Source: an uncultured Alphaproteobacteria bacterium (lineage in GTDB: Bacteria; Pseudomonadota; Alphaproteobacteria; Rhizobiales; Xanthobacteraceae). Taken from it: a stretch of DNA of 64,000 nucleotides. Shown piece after piece: positions 31,739 to 42,523 of the stretch (positions within the stretch are counted from its first letter, which is position 1; every line of letters starts with the position of its first letter). The position numbers were made by a program, and so were the translations under genes. Below the pieces are notes generated by a model. That model did no database searches, was not told the origin of the DNA, and was given only the letters and a program-made list of their open reading frames with translations. Location: contig CAVOHL010000012.1 of NCBI GenBank assembly GCA_963695665.1, forward strand, positions 16,966-80,965. The letters are read 5' to 3'.

Positions 31739-33394
31739 GTGATGGTGGCGTTGCGTACGCGGTCGCTGGGCGTCTTTTCCATTGCGCCCTTCTGGCTCAG
31801 CGCGTTCTGCGCGGCATTGACGCCGACCTCGGTCGGCTATCAGGATCTCGCGGCACTGCTTTGCGCGGCCGCCCGGCGTTCCCGAACGCTGGCGCGAGCA
31901 TCTCATCGCTTCGCCCTTCGGCACCATTCACGCCGCGACTTTCAGCTTCGCGCGTCCGCTCGGGACCGACCATGCCCGAACCGACCGCGGCGCAGCCGGT
32001 GAATTTCGATCCACGCTCGCTCGACGTGAAAGTCTGGGCGGTCGACGCGCCGCCGATGGCGCGCCCGGCGCTCGAGGTCGAATATCCGACGGTCAATCGC
32101 CGGCTCAAGGGCGATCGGCTGCCGCAATCGAGCGCCGCCGGCGAGCGAGCCCGAAACATTGCCGCAGTTGCAGCCGATCGACGCGCCGTCATCGCCGCCG
32201 CCGGTGCAGCCGCCGCGCCGGCGCCCGGGAGCGTGCCGCGTCCCAAGAATGCCGGAGAGCCCGCCACCGCGCCGGCCGCGGCGCAAGCCGACGTGGAGAC
32301 GACCGGCACAATCTCGCCGATGTCGGCGGCGCCGGTCGAGCGCGACGCCGCGCTTTCCGCCGTCCGGCCTGACGCGGCCGCCGCGGCGCCCGTCGCGCCG
32401 ATGACCACGGCCTCGCTCGAGCACGGCAACGCGGCGGACCTCGATGCCGAAGACGATCTCGGCATCGCCGACCAGCCGCCGCAAATACCCGCGGCGGCCG
32501 AGAACGATGCGTCCGATGCCGCGCCGGCTTCGTTCAGCGCGCTCTCTTTCCTCAATGAGGAGCCGGCCGAGCGCAACGCGCAGATCTATTTCGGCGTCGC
32601 CGGCATGGGTTCGACGCGGCGGCCTGCAGCGCTGGGCGCCGGGCGCCGAGCCGGTGCTGGTGCCGCACGCCATCGATCCCGACATCAAGCTGTCGGCGCT
32701 CGACGGCCGCGCCGACAGCGGCGCCGGCGGCGAGACCGTCGCCGGCAAGGACGATGCCGCGCGGATGCAAAGTCCGGCAGTCCGTCTCGGTCTTGTCGGC
32801 AAGCCGCGCGCCAGGGCGGAAAAGTGTCTCGCCGACGCGGTTTATTTCGAGGCGCGCGGCGAGCCGTCGCGCGGCCAGATGGCGGTCGCGCAGGTGGTGA
32901 TGAACCGCGTGTTCTCCGGCTACTATCCGAACAATGTGTGCGGCGTGGTCTATCAGAACGCCAACCGGCATCTCGCCTGCCAGTTCACCTTCGCCTGCGA
33001 AGGCAAGGATCTGAGCCGCATCGACGAGCTCGACATGTGGGCGCAGGCAAAGCGCATCGCCAAAGACACGCTCGACGGCAAAATCTGGCTGTCCGAAGTC
33101 GGCCACGCCACGCACTATCACGCCTACTGGGTGCACCCGAGCTGGGTCCATGAGATGAAGAAGATGTACAAGCTCGGTGTGCACACCTTCTACCGGCCGC
33201 GCGCCTGGGGCGACGGCTCCGACGCGCCGATCTGGGGCGGCGTGCCGAGCGCGCCGAGGGCGGAAGCGGCGCCCGCGGCCGCCGCCGTGCCGCCGGCCAC
33301 CGCGCCGCCGGCCACCGCCGCGAAGATTCCGCAAGCGGCGTTGTCGCCGTTCTTGACGCTCCCCGCCACGGCCGGATCGGTCGCCAAGCTGTAA
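31739..33394 (+). CDS. cell wall hydrolase, SleB-domain protein with long Ala/Pro-rich N-terminal region (about 2 frame changes)
   Basis: The C-terminal domain ..KCLADAVYFEARGEPSRGQMAVAQVVMNRVFSGYYPNNVCGVVYQ..CQFTFACEG..ATHYHAYWVHPSWV.. is SleB-like. N-terminal pieces lie in the frames of ORFs 31739..32002 and 31708..33153. Confidence 0.7.
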
Positions 33395-33509
33395 GACCTC
33401 CACGCAACGCGGGGCAGCTATGCGCGCTGCCGCGAAGTTTCGTTTGGGCGATCCGTGTCGCAGGCCTTATGGTGCGGCGCACCGCGAGCGCCCTTTGCCA
33501 AAGCCAGCA

Positions 33510-34812
33510 ATGACCACCCAATCTCCCAGCGCCAAGACTGAACTCGGCATTGCTGAGCGCGACGTTTCGAAATCAGGCACTTCGAAATCAGGCACGTGGC
33601 GAACGCCGGCCGTGATCCTCGGCTTCGGCTGTTTGATCGGGCTTATCGCCTTCGGTCCGCGCTCGACATTGGGATTCTTCCTGACGCCGCTCTCGAGCGC
33701 CAATCACTGGGGCCGCGACGTCTTTGCGTTTGCGCTCGCCTTGCAGAACCTGCTGTGGGGCGTCGGCCAGCCGCTCGCCGGGATGATCGCCGACCGTTTT
33801 GGCGCCAACCGGGTGCTCAGCGCGGGCGCGCTCATGTATGCCGCCGGCCTCGCGCTCATGGCGTACGCGACGAGCGCGCCGCTCCTCGATCTCAGCCGCC
33901 GGCGTCCTGATCGGCTTTGGCCTCGCCGGCTGCTCGTTCATGGTCGTGCTGGCGGCGTTCGGCAAATTGTTGCCGCCGCAATGGCGCTCCACCGCATTCG
34001 GTCTCGGAACGGCGGCGGGTTCGTTCGGCCAATTCCTGTTTTCGCCGATCGCGATCCTGCTGATGGACCAGTTCGGGTGGCAGGCGGCGCTGGTGATCTT
34101 CGCCGTCACCGTATGCGCCATCCTGCCGCTCTCGCTCGCGCTGGCGACGCCGAAGGCCGACGCGACCAAGCGGGCGCAGGCGGAATCGCAGGCCGCGCCG
34201 CAATCGCTGCGGCACGCGCTCGGCGAAGCCTTCGCCCACCGCTCCTATGTCTTTTTGGTGCTCGGCTTCTTCACCTGCGGCTTCCAGATCGCGTTCATCA
34301 CCGTGCACCTGCCGTCCTATCTGATCGATCGCGGGCTCTCCGCTTCGATCGGCGGCTGGACGATCGGCACCGTCGGCCTGTTCAACATCATCGGCTCGAT
34401 CACCTCCGGCTGGCTCTGCGATCGGATGCCCAAGCGCTATCTGCTCTCGCTCATCTATTTCTTGCGCGCGGCCGCGATCCTGGCGTTCATCGCCTTTCCG
34501 ATCACTCCGTTCACCTGCATCGCGTTCGGTGCGTCGATGGGATTGATGTGGCTTTCGACCGTGCCGCCCACCAATGGCATCATCGCGCTTCTGTTCGGCA
34601 CGCAATGGCTGGCGACGCTGTCGGGGCTCGCCTTCTTCAGTCACCAGGTCGGCGGCTTCCTCGGCGTCTGGCTCGGCGGTTTCGTGTTCGACCGCACCGG
34701 CTCATATGACGCGGTGTGGTGGCTGGCGATCCTGTTCGGCCTTCTGTCGGCGCTGGTCAACCTGCCGATCGTGGAGAAGCCGGTCCCGCGCCTTGCCGGG
34801 CTGGCGGCTTGA
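33510..34812 (+). CDS. MFS transporter (one frame change near 33890)
   Basis: MTTQSPS.. then ~12 hydrophobic segments (..ALQNLLWGVGQPLAGMIADRFGANRVL..). Fragments are ORFs 33420..34709 and 33799..34812. Confidence 0.75.
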
Positions 34813-34823
34813 ACGGCTCCGTC

Positions 34824-34908
34824 CCGCCCGGGCCTTGTGCCCGGCATTCACCTCTTGGAAAGTACGGCGGCAAGCCATGCATGGCCGGGACGAGCCCGGC
34901 CATGACCA
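34824..34908. repeat. REP/MITE-like palindromic element (GLVPGIH / MAGTSPAMT type)
   Basis: Left arm CCCGGGCCTTGTGCCCGGCATTCAC and right arm CATGGCCGGGACGAGCCCGGCCATGAC, each a GC hairpin. Intergenic, between the MFS gene and acuI. Confidence 0.6.
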
Positions 34909-34930
34909 ACAGCCCGTCCGGAGCGCGCGC

Positions 34931-35918
34931 GTGAGCACATTCAAGGCGATCGTCATCAACAAGACCGAAGCCGGCCAGACCGTCCGGCTCACCGATTTCG
35001 ACGAAAAAGATCTGATGGAGGGCGACGTCGACGTTCGCGTCGAATGGTCGACGCTGAACTACAAGGACGGCCTCGCGCTTACCGGAAAATCGCCGGTGGT
35101 GCGCCGCTTCCCGATGATCGCCGGCATCGATCTCGCCGGCACGGTCGAATCCTCCTCGCATCCCGGTTGGAAGGCAAGGCGACAAGGTCGTGCTCAATGG
35201 CTGGGGCCTGGGCGAGACCCATCTCGGCGCTTACGCGCAAAAGGCGCGGGTCAAGGGCGATTGGCTGGTGCGGCTGCCGCAGAGCATGAGCGCGCGCGAG
35301 GCCATGGCCGTCGGCACCGCCGGCTACACCGCCATGCTCGCGGTGATGGCGCTCGAGCGCGCGGGCCTCGCGCCGGCGCGCGGCCCGGTGATCGTCACCG
35401 GCGCCGCCGGCGGCGTCGGCTCGGTCGCGATCGCGCTCCTCGCCAAGCTCGGCTACTCGGTCATCGCCTCGACCGGCCGGCCGGACGAAGCCGACTACCT
35501 CAAGAAGCTCGGCGCCGCCGAGATCATCGAGCGCAAGGAATTGGCCGGTCCGCCGCGGCCGATCGCCAAGGAACGATGGGCGGGCGGCATCGACGCGGTC
35601 GGCTCGACCACGCTCGCCAATGTGCTGTCGATGACCCGCTATGGCGGCGCGGTCGCGGCCTGTGGACTCGCCGGGGGCATGGACTTGCCGACCAGTGTCG
35701 CTCCCTTCATCCTGCGCGGCGTTTCGCTGATCGGCATTGATTCGGTCATGTGCCCGTTGCCGATGCGGCAGGAGGCATGGCGGCGGCTCGAGCGCGACCT
35801 CGACCGCGGCAAGATCGCGGCGATGACCGGCGAAATCGGCCTTGCCGACGTGATCGAGGTCGGCCCGCGGATCGTCGCCGGCGAGGTGCGGGGACGAATT
35901 GTGGTAAATATTGGGTAA
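34931..35918 (+). CDS. acuI: YhdH/AcuI-type NADPH-dependent acrylyl-CoA/quinone oxidoreductase (one frame change near 35176)
   Basis: GTG start. [64 protein letters not shown].. joins ..[40 protein letters not shown].. Confidence 0.8.
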
Positions 35919-36016
35919 TCGCGTTCAGAATTTGGCTACGAAGTTGGGTCATCATCGAGGCGGGTATGGTAAGGAGACGGTTAAGAAGTTTTGTTAACAA
36001 CCTTGCGCCGTCGAAA

Positions 36017-36499
36017 ATGGGGTCGCCAATGTTGTCTCGAGTCGCCGTCGTCTTAGCGTGTGTGTTGGGAGCCGTGTCGGCCGTGTCGGCCGTCGCCGAG
36101 GAACTGGCGCCGGAGCAGGCGCGCGCCTTCGTCGTCGGCAAGCTTTTCGCCTACACCTGTTTCGACGGCACCGCCGGCATGGGCCGCATCTTCTCCGACG
36201 GCTCGGTCGTCGGCACCATCCGGCCCAGCGGCCGCGGCGAGATGCGCTTTGCCGCTCTGCCGCCCGGCACGATCAAGGTGAGCAGCTCGTCGGTATGCGC
36301 GCACCTCAACGGTCTACTGATCGAACCGTGCTTCCGGGTGGAGAAGATCGACTACCACAGCTTCCGCGGTTCGCTCGCCGGCCTGGGCTTTGCCTATTGC
36401 GATTTCTACCAGCGCAATCCGCGCACGCAAATGATCGGCCGCACCGCCGCCTCGCCGCGAGCGACGACGCTGGCGACGACGAAGCCGGCGGGCGAGTAA
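36017..36499 (+). CDS. secreted hypothetical protein
   Basis: Intact. Signal-like MGSPMLSRVAVVLACVLGAVSAVSAVA. No family recognised. Confidence 0.5.
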   Translation: MGSPMLSRVAVVLACVLGAVSAVSAVAEELAPEQARAFVVGKLFAYTCFDGTAGMGRIFSDGSVVGTIRPSGRGEMRFAALPPGTIKVSSSSVCAHLNGLLIEPCFRVEKIDYHSFRGSLAGLGFAYCDFYQRNPRTQMIGRTAASPRATTLATTKPAGE

Positions 36500-36559
36500 A
36501 TCAATCTCCTGAAGTCTTCGTTCCGCGCCGTGACGCGGCGGTGCCGCGCACGACCAGGC

Positions 36560-39244
36560 TTATCCCGGTGCTGTTACAGCCGCGGTGGCGCGCCGCGGAT
36601 GCGGAAAGAGCAGGCGCTGGTAGAGCCAGCCGATGCCGAGGAGCACGACGCCGAGCCCGATCACCGACAGCGCCCGATAGATGCCGCTGATGCTCGCGGT
36701 GTCGATGATGAACACCTTGCCGATGGTGAGCGCGATGACGCCGAGCGCAAGCAGCCGCGCCGGCTGCGAGCGAAGGGTGAAGCCGACCGCAAGCAGCACG
36801 ATGCCGAAGACGAGCCACACCGTCGAATAGCTGTACTGCTCGGCGTCGGACGTGGGCCCCACCATAATCGGGCCGTGAAACAGCCGCCGCACTTCCAGCG
36901 TCAGATAGAACAACGCCAGCGTCACCGCCGTGATCGCGGCGACGATGCGATAGGCCATCGGGCGCGTCGTGCGGGCAATCAGCGCCAGCGCAATCGCCAG
37001 CGCGGCCGGCAGGCCGTAGGCGAGCAGGATCGTATTGATGAACGCGCCGTCGACCGGATGGTTGCCGAAACGCGGGCCGACGACGATCACCAGGTCGAAC
37101 ACGATAGCGCAAAGGGTGAGCCCTGCGATGATGATCGCGCCGATATTGTGCACGATGCTGCCGCTGCGCCCGCGCACGCGCTCAAGCCCGATGGTCAACG
37201 CCAAGCCGACATTGACATCAAGCGCCACCTCGGTGACGCCGCTCGATGGCCGGTAGATATCGCCGCCGGTCACGTAGTGACGGACCTCGAGGATGGTCAG
37301 CAGCACCGTGAACAGGATGGCGCCGGCGTCGACCATGCGCGCCGGCAGATCATCGGCGCGCCGGCGCAACAGCCATCCCGCGAGCCAGAATGCCGCCGCT
37401 GGAATGCCGTAGCCGTAGAGCAGCCAGTTGAAGATCGGCGTCGCGCCGAGGTCGGCGCCGACGATGTCCGGCTGATAGGCGACGCGCGCCGCCACCACGG
37501 CGACGATGATCGCCGCGAGCCAGCGCAGCCACGGCAGCGGCCGCTTCTCGGCGACCCAGGCGGCGCCCGGCACCATGAGGGCAAGCCCGACCGTGAGCCA
37601 GCCCTTCTCCAGCGCAAAGGTGAGCGCCAGCGCCAGCGCGGCGAGCGCGCCGGTCGCGAACATCGCGCTCGCCGCCATGAGGCCGGGCCGCTCCTCGCGC
37701 CGTACCAGCGTCTCGGTCGCGACCCCGTTGATCGCGGCCAAGAGGAGCGCGAGCGCGGCGAACGGCAGCGACCGGTCGAGCGCCGCAATACGGTAGTAGA
37801 GCGCGATCAGCATGGCGAGCGGCGCGAATACTGCCGCCGCGCACCACAGCATCGGAACAAAAGCGCGCACGGAACGGCCTTGCGCCAGGAAGCCGGCGAC
37901 GCCGAACATCGCCGCCCACGCGGCGGCAAGGAGGAGATGCGATCCGTAGAAGAAGCGCTCGGGCTCGGGCACCGCGGGCGCCGTCGGCCCGGACGGCGCC
38001 AGCAATCCTTGGACATTCATTTGCACCGCCCAATGGGCCATCACCGCCGCGGCGAGGATCGCGGCCACCGGCACTGCGCCGGCCGCGGCCTCGGTGCGCC
38101 AGGCGATGGCGACTGCGGCGACGGTGAGGACGACAAAGGCCGTAAGCGCGACGCCGTCATGCCGGCTCGCCAGCACCAGGATGCTCGCGACCAGGAGATA
38201 GACCGACAGAGCGAGCGTCGAGAGCAAGTCGATCCTGCCGGGCGAAGCCGGCGGACCGTAGAGCAAGCCGCACACGAGCAGCGCCGAAGCGAGCGCGAAG
38301 CCCGCGAGCGCGTTGAACACATGGGCGCCAAGCGCGTCGACGGTGACGACACCAATTCCGGGGAACGTCCAGAGTGCGCCGAGCACGATCGCCGTGAGCG
38401 CGAGCCAGGGCCACAGGCGCAACCGCGCCAGCGCAAAAGCGGCCGCGGTGACGACGGCGATGTAGATATAGAGCGACCAGAAATCCGGTTGATTGGACGC
38501 GACCAGAAGCGGCGCCACATAGGCGCCGACGACGCCGAGACCGGCGAGCGCGGGCCCATGCAGCAAAGCCGCGGCCAGGGTCAGCAAGGCCACCGCGCCA
38601 AGCAGAACAAAGGCCGCCGCCGGCGGCAGGAATCCATAAAGCCCGTAGGCGGCGTACACCGTGGCATAGGCGACGGTGGTGCCGGCAGCAGTCAGGATGC
38701 TCGGAATGTGCGCCGTCGGCAGGCCGGGCAGCCCCGACAGGTTCTCCGCGCGACGCGTCCATTCCCCGGCGGCTACCAGAATGAACGCCAAGAGCGCACC
38801 GAGGATCACCCGGACGCCGGGACCGATGAGACCCTGCTCGATCGAGTAGCGCACCAGAAATATGCCGCCGAGCGCCAGCGCGGCACCGCCGATCCAAACG
38901 ACCCAGCGGGTGCCGACGCGTTCCTCGAAACCGACCGGCGCGGGCGGCGGCGTTGCCGCAGATGGTGGAGGTGACGGCGGGACTGACGCCGACGGGGGCG
39001 TTGGCGGCGGTGCCGGAGGCGGAGGCTCCGCGGGCGCGGCCGCTTGCGGCGAAGCCGGCGCCGGCTCGGCCGGCGGCTGTGCGGGCAAGGCGGCGGTGGG
39101 CGCCAAACCGCTCTCCAGCGCCGCCACTCTTGAGTCCAGGCGCCAGAGTAGTCCGCGCGCTTCGTTCGCCCTGATCAGCGCGACAATGGCCATGACCGGA
39201 AAGGCCAGCAGCGCCAGCACGGCCAGGAAGAAAGGGTCGAACAT
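36560..39244 (-). CDS. DUF2339-domain polytopic membrane protein
   Basis: Intact 894-aa ORF. N-terminal TM, then LLWRLDSRVAALESGL, then a ~70-aa Pro/Ala-rich linker, then >20 hydrophobic segments. The opposite-strand 814-aa ORF is Arg/Asp/Gly-rich nonsense. Confidence 0.8.
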   Translation of the reverse strand: MFDPFFLAVLALLAFPVMAIVALIRANEARGLLWRLDSRVAALESGLAPTAALPAQPPAEPAPASPQAAAPAEPPPPAPPPTPPSASVPPSPPPSAATPPPAPVGFEERVGTRWVVWIGGAALALGGIFLVRYSIEQGLIGPGVRVILGALLAFILVAAGEWTRRAENLSGLPGLPTAHIPSILTAAGTTVAYATVYAAYGLYGFLPPAAAFVLLGAVALLTLAAALLHGPALAGLGVVGAYVAPLLVASNQPDFWSLYIYIAVVTAAAFALARLRLWPWLALTAIVLGALWTFPGIGVVTVDALGAHVFNALAGFALASALLVCGLLYGPPASPGRIDLLSTLALSVYLLVASILVLASRHDGVALTAFVVLTVAAVAIAWRTEAAAGAVPVAAILAAAVMAHWAVQMNVQGLLAPSGPTAPAVPEPERFFYGSHLLLAAAWAAMFGVAGFLAQGRSVRAFVPMLWCAAAVFAPLAMLIALYYRIAALDRSLPFAALALLLAAINGVATETLVRREERPGLMAASAMFATGALAALALALTFALEKGWLTVGLALMVPGAAWVAEKRPLPWLRWLAAIIVAVVAARVAYQPDIVGADLGATPIFNWLLYGYGIPAAAFWLAGWLLRRRADDLPARMVDAGAILFTVLLTILEVRHYVTGGDIYRPSSGVTEVALDVNVGLALTIGLERVRGRSGSIVHNIGAIIIAGLTLCAIVFDLVIVVGPRFGNHPVDGAFINTILLAYGLPAALAIALALIARTTRPMAYRIVAAITAVTLALFYLTLEVRRLFHGPIMVGPTSDAEQYSYSTVWLVFGIVLLAVGFTLRSQPARLLALGVIALTIGKVFIIDTASISGIYRALSVIGLGVVLLGIGWLYQRLLFPHPRRATAAVTAPG

Positions 39245-39277
39245 TGCAGCCCCCGCCGCCGTCGATTCCCGTTCAAC

Positions 39278-39784
39278 TTACTCCAAGTCGAGGCGGAACG
39301 GCTCGGCTTCGGCGGCAAGAATCCCGCGGCCGATCGTTTCGATGGCGGAGGTCATGCGGCCGCCGCGGCCGAGCAGGCGGTCGGCGAGCGATACGATGCG
39401 GATGTTCGGGGTCGCCGTCGGCGAGGCGAGCCGTAGCGCTTGCGCGATGCTCCGCTCGTCGCGATGCGGGCTGAGCGCGCAGACGCTGGCGAAGGCGCTC
39501 GCGGTCGAGCGGCTGATGCCGGCATAGCAGTGCATGACCAGCGGCGCGCGGCGATCCCAGCCGCGTACGAAATTCAGGAGATCGGCGACGTGCTGCTCGT
39601 CCGGTATGATGTAACCGTCGAGCGGCGCGGAAATGTCATGCAGCCGCAGCCAGAGATGGTTCTCCGGTACGATGGCGACCGGCCGCTCGATAGTGGCCTC
39701 ATCGCCAAGGAGCGACACCACATGGCGCGCGCCGGTCTCTTCGACCGTTTCATGTAGGCGCGAAAGGGAGCAGACGTGAATCAT
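39278..39784 (-). CDS. tyrosine-phosphatase-family (Cys-based) protein
   Basis: Intact 168-aa ORF with the CX5R(S/T) active-site loop VMHCYAGISRST. Confidence 0.7.
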   Translation of the reverse strand: MIHVCSLSRLHETVEETGARHVVSLLGDEATIERPVAIVPENHLWLRLHDISAPLDGYIIPDEQHVADLLNFVRGWDRRAPLVMHCYAGISRSTASAFASVCALSPHRDERSIAQALRLASPTATPNIRIVSLADRLLGRGGRMTSAIETIGRGILAAEAEPFRLDLE

Positions 39785-39873
39785 GAAAAGTTCAAACTCG
39801 AATGCGGGTTTTCAGCCTATCTCATATAGGTATTGCCGGCGGCACAAGAGCGACGTGCAGTCGCTAGCGTTTT

Positions 39874-40440
39874 TCAGTCGCCGATGAGTTTCTTGAATCG
39901 CTCGAGATAGCGGGCCTGCGCCGTCTCCGCCGGCCAGGGCGTAAGGTAGTCGCGCTCGATGCTCGCGGAATAGACCGGCGGCCGGCCGAAGAAGCGGCGC
40001 GCCTCGGCCGCCTCGAAGCCGGCGAGGCGGGTCGCTTCGAGATAGGCCGCGGCCCGGTCGGCGGTTTTGATCAGCGCGGCGAGCTCGGGCGCAGTGTGCG
40101 CCGGCAGGCCGAAGCGCAGATGGATCGCCGTGAGCAGCCGTCGTTCGACCGCCTTGTAGGCGTCGCCGATCACCGCCTTGAACGGCGAGATCATGTCGCC
40201 GATCACGTATTCGGGCGCGTCATGCAGCAGCACCGCGAGGCAGCGGCGGTGATCGAGGCCGCTCGCCCGCGCGCGCGCCAACGCCTCGACCAGGAGGCAA
40301 TGCTGGGCGACGGAAAAAATGTGCGCCCCATGCGTCTGCCCGTTCCAGCGCGCCACGCGCGCGAGCCCGTGCGCGATATCCTCGATCTCGATGTCGAGCG
40401 CCGACGGATCGAGGAGATCGAGCCGCCGCCCCGACAGCAT
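39874..40440 (-). CDS. HD-domain phosphohydrolase (YfbR-like)
   Basis: Intact 188-aa ORF. ..FSVAQHCLLV..LLHDAPEYVIGDMISP.. contains the H...HD...D metal-binding pattern. A longer N-terminus up to ~40576 is possible only with a frame correction. Confidence 0.75.
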   Translation of the reverse strand: MLSGRRLDLLDPSALDIEIEDIAHGLARVARWNGQTHGAHIFSVAQHCLLVEALARARASGLDHRRCLAVLLHDAPEYVIGDMISPFKAVIGDAYKAVERRLLTAIHLRFGLPAHTAPELAALIKTADRAAAYLEATRLAGFEAAEARRFFGRPPVYSASIERDYLTPWPAETAQARYLERFKKLIGD

Positions 40441-40669
40441 CCGCTGCCAGGCGCGGCCCGCCGCCGCCTTCGTGCTTGCCGGCCGCTTTGCGTTTGTTGA
40501 TGAGAGTCGCGGCCGCTTCGTCGCGCCGGCGCGGTTTGGACGTGGGGGAGGGGGGCAGCGGGAGCCTCGGCATCACGGCAGGCTATCCTGCTTGTGATTG
40601 TTGGCAAACCGGACCGCGATTGCGCCGCGCGCCGGATCGGTGGCAATGATCCGCCGACGGGATCATGCC

Positions 40670-41120
40670 ATGTCGATTGATATCGCGCCGGTGACCGGCG
40701 AGCTGCGTCCGGCCGCAGTCGAATTGTTGGCGCGTTTCTTCCGCGAGGAAGGCTTCGCCACGCCGCCGCAGCGCATTGCCGAGAATCTCGACCGCATGCT
40801 CGCCGATCCTTTCTGCTGGTGCGCGCTCGCGCTCGCGGACGGCGCAAGCGCGGGCGGTGATCACGGTCACGACCGTGCTCTACATCGAATGGGGCCGCCT
40901 CGGCGAGATCGGCGATCTCTATGTCCTGCCGGACTATCGCCGCCACGGCCTGGCGCGGCTCCTCATCGCGCGCGCCAAGGAATGGTGCCGCGCGCAAGGC
41001 TGCTCGGCGGTCTCGGTCACCATCACGCCGATCGGCGAACGGCGACAGCGGCTCAGCCGCTTCTATCGGCGGCTCGGCTTCGAGCTCACCGGCCGCACCT
41101 CCGCTTCGGCAATGCTGTAG
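40670..41120 (+). CDS. GNAT family N-acetyltransferase (one frame change near 40850)
   Basis: MSIDIAPVTGELRPAAVELLARFFREEGF.. joins ..LGEIGDLYVLPDYRRHGLARLLIARAKEWCRAQGCSAVSVTI..FYRRLGFE.. Confidence 0.7.
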
Positions 41121-41162
41121 GCCGGAGCCGCCCGCGCGGTTTCCGCGGAGCGGCGGCGCGCG

Positions 41163-42336
41163 CTACGCCGCCTTCTTGCCCCACAGACGCTTCGACGCCA
41201 GATCGGCGCCCTCGCGCATGGTCTTGAGCTTCAGCCACACCACGTCCTCGGCGACCCATTCCCATCCGGCGAAGGTGCCGAAGCCGCAGTCGGAACTGGC
41301 GATGACGCGCTCGCGATCGCCGACCGCCGCCACCGCGGTCTCGAGGCGCTGGGCGACGACTTCCGGATGCTCGACGAGATTGATCTTCGAATCGATCACG
41401 CCCGGCAGCAGCACCATGTGGTCGGGCAGCTTGTGCTTGCGCAGCGCCGCGTATTCGTGCTGGCGGCGCGCATTGGCGAATTCGATCGAGAGCCCGCCGA
41501 CATTGGCCTGATAGAACACCGGCAGCAGCGGCTCGAGCGCAACGTCGTAGATGTGCGGCCCTTCCCAATTGCCCCAGCAGATATGCAGCCGCACGCGGTC
41601 GCGCGGAATATCCTTGAGCGCCTTGTTGAGCGCGGCGATGTGCTGCTCGATGATCTTCGACGAACTCCTTTTCCGACTTGTCCTGGAACAGAAGCACGCG
41701 TTCCATCGCCAGATCCGGCGCGTCGATCTGCAGGATCAATCCGGCATCGACCACGGCCTTGTATTCGTAGTGCATCTCGCGCGCGATCGCGTCGAGATAG
41801 TCCTCATAGGTCTTGTAGTAGGCGTTGAGCATGGTGGTGGCGATGATTCCCGGCGACGGCTCGGCGAAGAACATCTCCGGGAAGGGCGGTTTGATCGCGG
41901 CGGCCTGGTGCTTGAAGCGGGCAAGCTCGGTCTTGATCGCTTCCTTGTCGTGATATTTGAGCTCGCTCACCGCCTCGGGGCAGCCGAACACCTTGCCGGT
42001 CTTGGGCAGGCGGGCCTGGAATTTCTCGGTGAACAGCGGCAGCTCGACCCACTCGCGGCCGAACGGCCGCTTCGATTCGCCGCCGAAACCGGACATGCGC
42101 TGCGGCACGTAGGTTTGAAAACCCACCCGGCCTTGCTCGCCATCATTGGCAATATCGACGCCGGCCCAGCGCTGCTTCTCCATCACATGGGCGACGCGCT
42201 TCTCGATTCTGTCCTTGAGCTTGGCCTTGTCGACCGATTGGCCGGCCTCGTCGGCGATCAAGAGATCGTTGAGCTCCGCGCCGCGCGGCAGACTGCCGGT
42301 GTGCGTGATCAGGATGTGGTCGACGCTCTTGTGCAT
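41163..42336 (-). CDS. cobalamin-independent methionine synthase II (MetE C-terminal-like) family protein (one frame change near 41650)
   Basis: MHKSVDHILITHTGSLPRG..VDIANDGEQGRVGFQTYV.. joins ..RLHICWGNWEGPHIYDVAL..VLLPGVIDSKINLVEHPEVVAQRL..IASSDCGFGTFAG.. Confidence 0.75.
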
Positions 42337-42523
42337 GATGTGTCCTCCCATTGGCTCTTAGTTGGGGCTCTTAGTCGGCCGCCGATCCGTCGCGCGACCA
42401 TACCGGCCCGCTCGCGCGGTCACAAGTTGCGGCGCACGCCGGCGGGCCGCGTCCCACGGACTCGAAATATCGAAATGCGCGAGGCGTGCGACTTCCGGCT
42501 GTGCGGCGAATTTCCCGCCCGGT

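Noticed and set aside
36530-38974. An 814-aa plus-strand ORF overlapping the DUF2339 gene.
   Set aside because: The translation is highly charged low-complexity sequence (R/D/E/G runs). The minus-strand frame, by contrast, gives a coherent polytopic membrane protein with a clear start and stop.
38900-39110. Periodic-looking GC-rich repeats that could be mistaken for a CRISPR array or tandem repeats; also at 59380-59560.
   Set aside because: They are Pro/Ala-rich low-complexity coding segments of the DUF2339 and 677-aa proteins. They show no regular repeat-spacer structure, and no cas genes are present in the window.
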